Assembly (NCBI GenBank): GCA_965240325.2
Contig: OZ251226.1
Location: 186,001-250,000, forward strand
Direction of reading: 5' to 3'
From: Rebecca billardiae RCC1528
Lineage: Eukaryota; Protista; Haptophyta
DNA length: 64,000 nt
Shown: positions 57,906-64,000 of the stretch, in pieces
Position numbering within the stretch: position 1 is the stretch's first letter
Layout of the letters: each line of letters opens with the position of its first letter
Position numbers and translations under genes: made by a program
The notes under the pieces: model-generated
The model's database searches: none
What the model saw: the letters and a program-made list of their open reading frames with translations, nothing else
What the model was told of the DNA's origin: nothing

Positions 57906-60368
57906 ATGCTCGGGCTGTTAGGGCGGTTGGCGAGCACCAGTGTGGCTACATGCCCGCGTAGCGCGTTTAGGCTGCGGGTGCGCATGCCGCCTTCGCCGGC
58001 TCTCGCCTGTGCTGCGCAACGGGCGAAGTTGCATGCTGGCGGCCAATCACGCCGGCCGGACAACAAGATGATCAACCAGCAGCTCACGGGTGCACGTGAC
58101 GCGGAACGCATCCTCGAAGTGTGCGCTGCGTATGGCCACGCGTTTGACAGGGTTAACGAAGCCACCGCCATCTCTCGACTGGGTCGCAACGCGCGCACGT
58201 TGCGCGGCCACGCGCTGCGCACCGACAAGCGCTTTGGCGCCCTGCTCGCGCGCGTGGAGCGGCGGCTGGAGGGCACGGCGGTCGACGGCTCGCCGTATGG
58301 CGCCCGCCACATGGCCAATCTAGCGCACGGCATGGCCAAGCTGCGGCCGACCAAGTGTGGTGCCGAGCGCGCATTTGGCGCGATCGCGCGGGAGGCCGAG
58401 GCGCGCGTGGGCGAGTTCAATGCGCAGGACCTGGCCAACACGGCGTGGGCGTACGCCACAGCTGGCGTGGACGCACCCACGCTGTATGGCGCGATCGCGC
58501 GGGAGGCCGAGGCGCGCGTGGGCGAGTTCAATGCGCAGGACCTGGCCAACACGGCGTGGGCGTACGCCACAGCTGGCGTGGACGCACCCGCACTGTATGG
58601 CGCGATCGTGCGGGCGGCCGAGGCGCGCGTGGGCGAGTTCAAGGAGCAGGACCTGGCCAACACGGCGTGGGCGTACGCCACAGCTGGCGTGGACGCACCC
58701 ACGCTGTATGGCGCGATCGCGCGGGCGGCCGAGGTGCGCGTGGGCGAGTTCAAGGCGCAGGGGCTGGCCAACACGGCGTGGGCGTACGCCACAGCTGGCG
58801 TGGACGCACCCACGCTGTATGGCGCGATCGCGCGGGAGGCCGAGGCGCGCGTGGGCGAGTTCAATGCGCAGAACATGGCCAACACGGCGTGGGCGTACGC
58901 CACAGCTGGCGTGGACGCACCCACGCTGTATGGCGCGATCGCGCGGGCGGCCGAGGCGCGCGTGGGCGAGTTCAAGGCGCAGAACATGGCCAACACGGCG
59001 TGGGCGTACGCCACAGCTGGCGTGGACGCACCCACGCTGTATGGCGCGATCGCGCGGGCGGCCGAGGCGCGCGTGGGCGAGTTCAAGGCGCAGGAGCTGG
59101 CCAACACGGCGTGGGCGTACGCCACAGCGGGCGTGGACGCACCCACGCTGTATGGCGCGATCGCGCGGGAGGCCGAGGCGCGCGTGGGCGAGTTCAAGGC
59201 GCAGGGGCTGGCCAACACGGCGTGGGCGTACGCCACAGCTGGCGTGGACGCACCCACGCTGTATGGCGCGATCGCGCGGGAGGCCGAGGCGCGCGTGGGC
59301 GAGTTCAATGCGCAGGAGCTGGCCAACACGGCGTGGGCGTACGCCACAGCTGGCGTGGACGCACCCACGCTGTATGGCGCGATCGCGCGGGAGGCCGAGG
59401 CGCGCGTGGGCGAGTTCAATGCGCAGAACATGGCCAACACGGCGTGGGCGTACGCCACAGCTGGCGTGGACGCACCCACGCTGTATGGCACGATCGCGTG
59501 GGCGGCCGAGGCGCGCGTGGGCGAGTTCAATGCGCAGGGGCTGGCCAACACGGCGTGGGCGTACGCCACAGCTGGCGTGGACGCGCCCACGCTGTATGGC
59601 GCGATCGCGCGGGCGGCCGAGGCGCGCGTGGGCGAGTTCAAGGCGCAGGGGCTGGCCAACACGGCGTGGGCGTACGCCACAGTGGGCGTGGACGCACCCG
59701 CGCTGTATGGCGCGATCGCGCGGGAGGCCGAGGCGCGCGTGGGCGAGCTCAATGCGCAGTCGCTGGCCAACACGGCGTGGGCGTATGCGACGGCTGCCCA
59801 GCACATGGAGCATCTGCAGCTCGTGCTGTCCCTGTGCGAGCGGCTCCTTGCTGAGCCTGGGCTGCAGGCGCAACTCGGAGTGGAGGGCCATGTCAATGTG
59901 GCGCAGGCACTGCTCACGCTGCACGTCGATCCACGCCTGCCCGTTGGCACAGCACGCACACGTGTGGAGACGATGCTGGCGCAGTGCCTGGGTCACCAGC
60001 TGCTTCGTGACGCAGCTTCACAGGCGGTGCGCCCGTCGTCATCGCAGCGGGCGCTCTCTCGCGCGCTCGCAAAGTGCGGCTGGGCGCACGAGGAGGAGGT
60101 GCGCATCGGCGAGGGCGGGCTGCTCGTCGTGGACATGGCGTGCGCCGCCTCCAAGGTGGCTGTGGAGTACGATGGGCCGTCGCACTTTGTGACGGACCCG
60201 TGGACGGGCGCGCAGCGGCTCAACGGGCCCAGCCAGTGGAAGACGCGCGTGCTCAAATCGCTGGGCTGGCAGGTCGTGCGCGTGAGCTACAAAGACTACA
60301 GCAGCGTATCTGGCTCAGCCTCGAACAATGCACGCTTTGCCGAAGGGTTGGCACGCAACTTGGCCTAG
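57906..60368 (+). CDS. OPR/HPR-type helical-repeat protein with 13 near-identical 37-aa repeats and a C-terminal RAP (PD-(D/E)xK-like) domain; intronless; organelle-presequence-like N-terminus
   Basis: Repeat unit EF[N/K]AQ[D/G/N/E/S]LANTAWAYATAGVDAPTLYGAIAR[E/A]AEARVG. RAP: SSSQRALSRAL...EEEV...VVDMA...VAVEYDGPSHF...NGPSQWKTRVLKSLGWQVVRVSY. N-terminus MLGLLGRLASTSVATCPRSAFRLRVR. Confidence 0.92.
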   Translation: MLGLLGRLASTSVATCPRSAFRLRVRMPPSPALACAAQRAKLHAGGQSRRPDNKMINQQLTGARDAERILEVCAAYGHAFDRVNEATAISRLGRNARTLRGHALRTDKRFGALLARVERRLEGTAVDGSPYGARHMANLAHGMAKLRPTKCGAERAFGAIAREAEARVGEFNAQDLANTAWAYATAGVDAPTLYGAIAREAEARVGEFNAQDLANTAWAYATAGVDAPALYGAIVRAAEARVGEFKEQDLANTAWAYATAGVDAPTLYGAIARAAEVRVGEFKAQGLANTAWAYATAGVDAPTLYGAIAREAEARVGEFNAQNMANTAWAYATAGVDAPTLYGAIARAAEARVGEFKAQNMANTAWAYATAGVDAPTLYGAIARAAEARVGEFKAQELANTAWAYATAGVDAPTLYGAIAREAEARVGEFKAQGLANTAWAYATAGVDAPTLYGAIAREAEARVGEFNAQELANTAWAYATAGVDAPTLYGAIAREAEARVGEFNAQNMANTAWAYATAGVDAPTLYGTIAWAAEARVGEFNAQGLANTAWAYATAGVDAPTLYGAIARAAEARVGEFKAQGLANTAWAYATVGVDAPALYGAIAREAEARVGELNAQSLANTAWAYATAAQHMEHLQLVLSLCERLLAEPGLQAQLGVEGHVNVAQALLTLHVDPRLPVGTARTRVETMLAQCLGHQLLRDAASQAVRPSSSQRALSRALAKCGWAHEEEVRIGEGGLLVVDMACAASKVAVEYDGPSHFVTDPWTGAQRLNGPSQWKTRVLKSLGWQVVRVSYKDYSSVSGSASNNARFAEGLARNLA
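58377..59793 (+). repeat. Coding tandem array, exact 111-bp period, 13 units, no indels
   Basis: The Leu/Met codon before GCCAAC recurs from 58431 to 59763 (= 58431 + 12 x 111). Confidence 0.97.
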
Positions 60369-60784
60369 TGTCGTCGTCGTCGTCGTCCTACTGATTCTAT
60401 ATGATGGCCCGCGGTGCAGGGCGGAGCGCGCAGCGTGGAGCCCGCACCAGCGGGCCCGAACAACGTTTCAAAAAGATCTTTGATCAAGAAAAAAGGGACG
60501 GGGGACGATTTTCATGGCTGGAGGAGACCGAGTTTCGAATTTTGAGACCCTCTCTAACATGCATCACGGCCGAAAAAGGTCGCGCCCACGGCAAGTTCAT
60601 AGTAAAGCGTGGAGTGACGCCCGTCCAAAAAACTTCACGCCCTTTAGGATCCCTAACGTAACGAACCGTTACAAGCGATTTTTTCGGCCAATGAGATTGC
60701 AGCAAGGTCCAAGGAGCGATGACGTATCTAGATAGAGATTGCCGCGAACCGATGTGACCATGTACGTCCCTTGAATCAGTTGAA

Positions 60785-62077
60785 TCAACTATTCAATCGC
60801 GCCGTGTCTGTATCTGAGGAGCCGACGAGGCAAGGGTCAGTAGCCGATGGGCCAACCTCGGCGAATCTCAATACTATCTGACACCGGAGCGGGAGCCGGG
60901 GCGCGCGGGCCCGCGTTTTCCACTGTACGCCACGGCTGCGGCGAGACCGCGAGAGGATGAGGCGAGCTGACGAGCGACCGACGGGTGAGGACGGCGATGG
61001 GCAGGTGCGCGCGGCGAATGGCGCCTGGAGCGCGCGGCTGCGGCGGGTCCCGACTGCCGTCGACATCGCGTTCGTCGTGCCCCCGCTCACTCCGCGCGCC
61101 CCCGCCGCCCCTGCCGCCCTGTCGATGCCTCGGCGCGGCCTTGCGCGGCCCCGGCGCAGTCCGCGAGCCGGCGCCGCAGCCGCCGCCCTGTGTTCGGGCT
61201 CTCGCAAGCTCGGGGGCAGCGGCGCCTGATGCCGGACTGATCGATCTCTGAGCCTTCGACTTCACCACGCGCCGCCCTTGCCATGCCTTTCCGGGGTCTC
61301 CCAGAACTCTTCTTGATTGAGAGAGAGCAGGCGCGCCGACGATCCGAGTCCATCGTCGGTCGACTCTGAGCGAGGGCTACGCCTCGGAACTGAACGGTAC
61401 TCTACGAGGAGGACGAGCTGCGCGGGCGACGGTGGTGCGTGACGTCCCCAGAGCTGGCCGTGCCTCTGCAACGCGTGCCGAGCCTGATCGAGGTGTGTCA
61501 GCTGCCCGTGCACGCGCGGCGAGTGCGCGAACCGGATCACCGGTGCCCTCGCACCTCGTCACCGTGCTCCCTCGGGCTGTCAGCTCCGCGTGGCCTGGCG
61601 TGCACGTAGAGTTGCGCTCATGCGTCGATCACGCCTCGCGCCCGCCTGTCGGCCGTCGCGCAGGCGCTGGTCGAACCCTACTCGGACCAGTGCATCATCC
61701 CGGGCGCTGCCGGCGCGGGGGGTGACCCCGGGGACAGCGGTCAGCAGCAGCGGCCCGAACGAATCCGCGGCCCCGCACCGTGCTCCCTGGCTGTCAGCTC
61801 CGCGTGGCCTGGTGTGCACGTGGAGTCGCGCTCATGCGTCGATCACGCCTCGTCGCATCCGCCTGTACACAATCGGCGCCGCGCCGGCGGCTGCAATGGG
61901 CCCGCCCGGCGCGGCGGGCGGCGGCGCGCCGCTGGAGTCTAGTTGTACGGGCATATGCAACTGGTCTGTCAATAGACGACTGCGACGGAGGGTGCACCGC
62001 CACCGCGGGCCCTGAACTACGTTCGTTCTACGGAAAAGGACCGCGGAACGCGGTCATTTATTGAATAAGACGACTAG
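60785..62077 (+). mobile_element. Putative non-autonomous Helitron
   Basis: 3' end: perfect hairpin gaccgcg-gaa-cgcggtc (62039-62055), then CTAG (62074-62077) followed by T. Candidate 5' end A|TC at 60785 (tcaactattcaatc...gtgtctgtatctg). The 5' boundary is uncertain. Confidence 0.55.
61560..61852. repeat. Pair of about 78-bp direct repeats inside the Helitron-like element
   Basis: 61560-61638 vs 61776-61852 (caccgtgctccct...gctgtcagctccgcgtggcctgg...atgcgtcgatcacgcctcg). Confidence 0.9.
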
Positions 62078-62137
62078 TTACACAGCAGGGTAAGGTTTTA
62101 TTACAGTATATATAATGGCTGCGTCCACGCGTCCGTG

Positions 62138-62612
62138 AGATATAGATATAGATATAGATATAGATATAGATATAGATATAGATATAGATATAGATATAGA
62201 TATAGATATAGATATATAGCTAGATATATATCTATATAGATCGATAGATAGTGGTTTGAGGTTGGGTGAGCCCGTGAGCCGGGTGGTGGTTGCAGGTTGG
62301 TTGGGGGCTGGCCAGGGTAGGGCTGGAAGCTTCGGCCGCCACTCGCCAGTCTGATCACCCGGAGCCCGTTATACAGGGGAATTTATTTAGATCGATAGAT
62401 AGACGTGACGATTAAGCAGGCTTGAGCTGCGCCGACATGAGTCGTACCCGGCGGGACCGACGAGCTGTCGCCTAGAAGTAGAGTCTGTCGCTCACAATGT
62501 CGGCCCTCGCCCGGGCCTCTGCCTCAGCAGCGGCACCGCGGGCAGTACGCGTCTACTACCCTGACGAGAGTCCGCCGCGCGTATAGCTAACGAGAGCGGA
62601 GAGAGAGAGAGA

Positions 62613-62672
<60 letters not shown>

Positions 62673-62689
62673 CGAGAGAGAGAGATCTG

Positions 62690-62788
<99 letters not shown>

Positions 62789-62790
62789 TA
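62138..62790. repeat. (GATATA)n, (GA)n and (GATA)n microsatellites
   Basis: Visible tracts at about 62138-62216, 62599-62668 and 62690-62790. Confidence 0.95.
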
Positions 62791-63020
62791 GTCTTATAGA
62801 ACCTTTGAGCGAAACCGATAGTATAGTCGCGTTGTAATCGCCACGTGCAGCATCGCTCGCGGCCGCATCATCGCTATCGTGGCCAAACCTGCCATGCGGC
62901 GCAGCGGCGATCCGCGTCCGGCAGAGCAGCGAGCGGAGCGGCGGCCGCATGACACATTCACGCCGGGTGCTGCTGAGTAGCCGGCACCGCCGTGCCCGCC
63001 GCCCTCGCTGTGCCCACGCT

Positions 63021-63912
63021 CTAGCCCTCCCGCGCCGGCCCGTTGTCGCCCTCCTCGTCTGCTAGCATTTCCATCAGCTTCTCGAGCTCGCCCAGGTCGT
63101 CTGTGACGGCCGCCGAGCCGTCGGCCGCCAAGACTGTCCGGCCTGCGCCGCGGCCGGCCGACGGCTGCCCCCCCTGCTGCTCCGCAGCGAGCTTGGCCGC
63201 CGTGGCGACGTCGCCCTCGCCGCCGCCGCCCTCCGCCGCCGCCTCCTTGGACTTCGCCAGCGCGCTCCTGACCAGCTCCCCGAGGTCGATCTCCCGGACC
63301 GCGCCGTCCCCGCCGGCCGCGCCCGCCTGCTGCTGCAGGAACTGCTGCGCGCGCTGCACGTACTGCCCGAGGTCGAGCCCGCCCATGCCGGGCATGTCCG
63401 CCCCCGCGCCGCCCTCCGCGCCCTCGCGCTCTGCGCCGCGCGGCGCGCGGCGCACGCGCGCTGCGCGTGAGCCGCGCCGCGCCGCGCGCGGCCAAGCAGC
63501 CGGCCGACCGCCCGCGTGTGCCGTAGCGCGCGCACGGCACGCACGCACAGCGCGCGCGCGCGCAAGACGGCGCGCGGCGCGCACCCCGCTGGCAGAAGGA
63601 CGAGTCGAGCTCGCACAGCTTCAGCCGGTAGCGCTTGCGCAGGCCGATCTCGAGGATCCCGAGCTCCGCCTTCAGGTCCTCCTCCGCGATGTCCGGCAGC
63701 GTGAGCCCGTCCACCTCGTGCCTGGCGAACGCCTTCTTGTACTTGCCCAGCCCGATGCGGTCGAGCCAGCCGGCGACGTCGTCCGTCGACCACGCGGCGG
63801 CCTCGTCCTCGCGCTTCGGGTTGCGGCAGCCGGGCATGACGGCGCACAGCTTGCGCGCGAAGCGACGCCGCGGCCCGAGCCGCGAGACCCCGAGCCCCGC
63901 CTTCAGCTCGTC
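63021..63912 (-). CDS. SAM-domain protein (tandem SAM), last two exons; the gene continues beyond the window
   Basis: WSTDDVAGWLDRIGLGKYKKAFARHEVDGLTLPDIAEEDLKAELGILEIGLRKRY, preceded by the end of another SAM (DELKAGLGVSRLGPRRRF). Intron 63584-63431 is in frame; upstream acceptor at 63913-63914. Confidence 0.85.
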
Positions 63913-64000
63913 CTGCGGCGCGCAGCGCGGCGGTGCGGCGCGAGCGCGAGCGCAATCACTCGAGGGGCGCGGCCATGCGGCAGCGCGTCATGCGATGCAC

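Noticed and set aside
58377-59793. CRISPR-like array, or real overlapping genes in the other open frames (57686-59959, 58320-59996, 58355-59854, 58357-60192)
   Set aside because: There are no unique spacers. The unit is a multiple of 3 and stop-free, so several frames stay open automatically. Only the 57906 frame gives recognisable repeats and a RAP domain.
1-64000. tRNA, rRNA, snRNA genes or telomeric repeats
   Set aside because: No cloverleaf, rRNA or telomere motifs were recognised by eye. A covariance-model scan would be needed to exclude small RNAs.

Overview
Eukaryotic, very GC-rich nuclear DNA with compact genes, GC-rich introns (donors mostly GTGCG, one GC-AG candidate) and microsatellite-rich intergenic DNA. 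It resembles a haptophyte-type alga, which is an inference. Host genes: two sulfotransferase-like proteins, a tandem-CH actin-binding protein, SURF4/Erv29, a SIRT4-type sirtuin, an N-myristoylated SNF1/CAMK-like kinase, an ankyrin protein, a cNMP-binding/coiled-coil protein, a TRP-like channel, an inositol polyphosphate kinase, a 9-exon two-TM receptor-like protein with a HET/TIR-like cytoplasmic domain, a tandem IsdG/ABM monooxygenase, a fused alpha-beta tryptophan synthase and a SAM protein. Mobile DNA: an intact, very young Ty1/copia element, a Helitron-like element, a degenerate TIR element and 5'-truncated copies of a non-LTR-like repeat. Highlights: (1) an intronless gene at 57906-60368 encoding 13 near-identical 37-aa OPR/HPR-type repeats (exact 111-bp period) whose variation is concentrated at two residues per repeat, followed by a RAP nuclease-like domain, i.e. 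a TALE/TALEN-like, potentially programmable RNA-targeting architecture; (2) the copia element has a complete -1 ribosomal frameshift signal placed after the protease, an integrase without HHCC ligands, TG..TA LTR ends and a non-TGG PBS; (3) copies of a dispersed repeat suggest a localized, insertion-only mutational process, or an assembly artefact, in intergenic DNA. All calls come from reading the sequence by eye; no searches were run.
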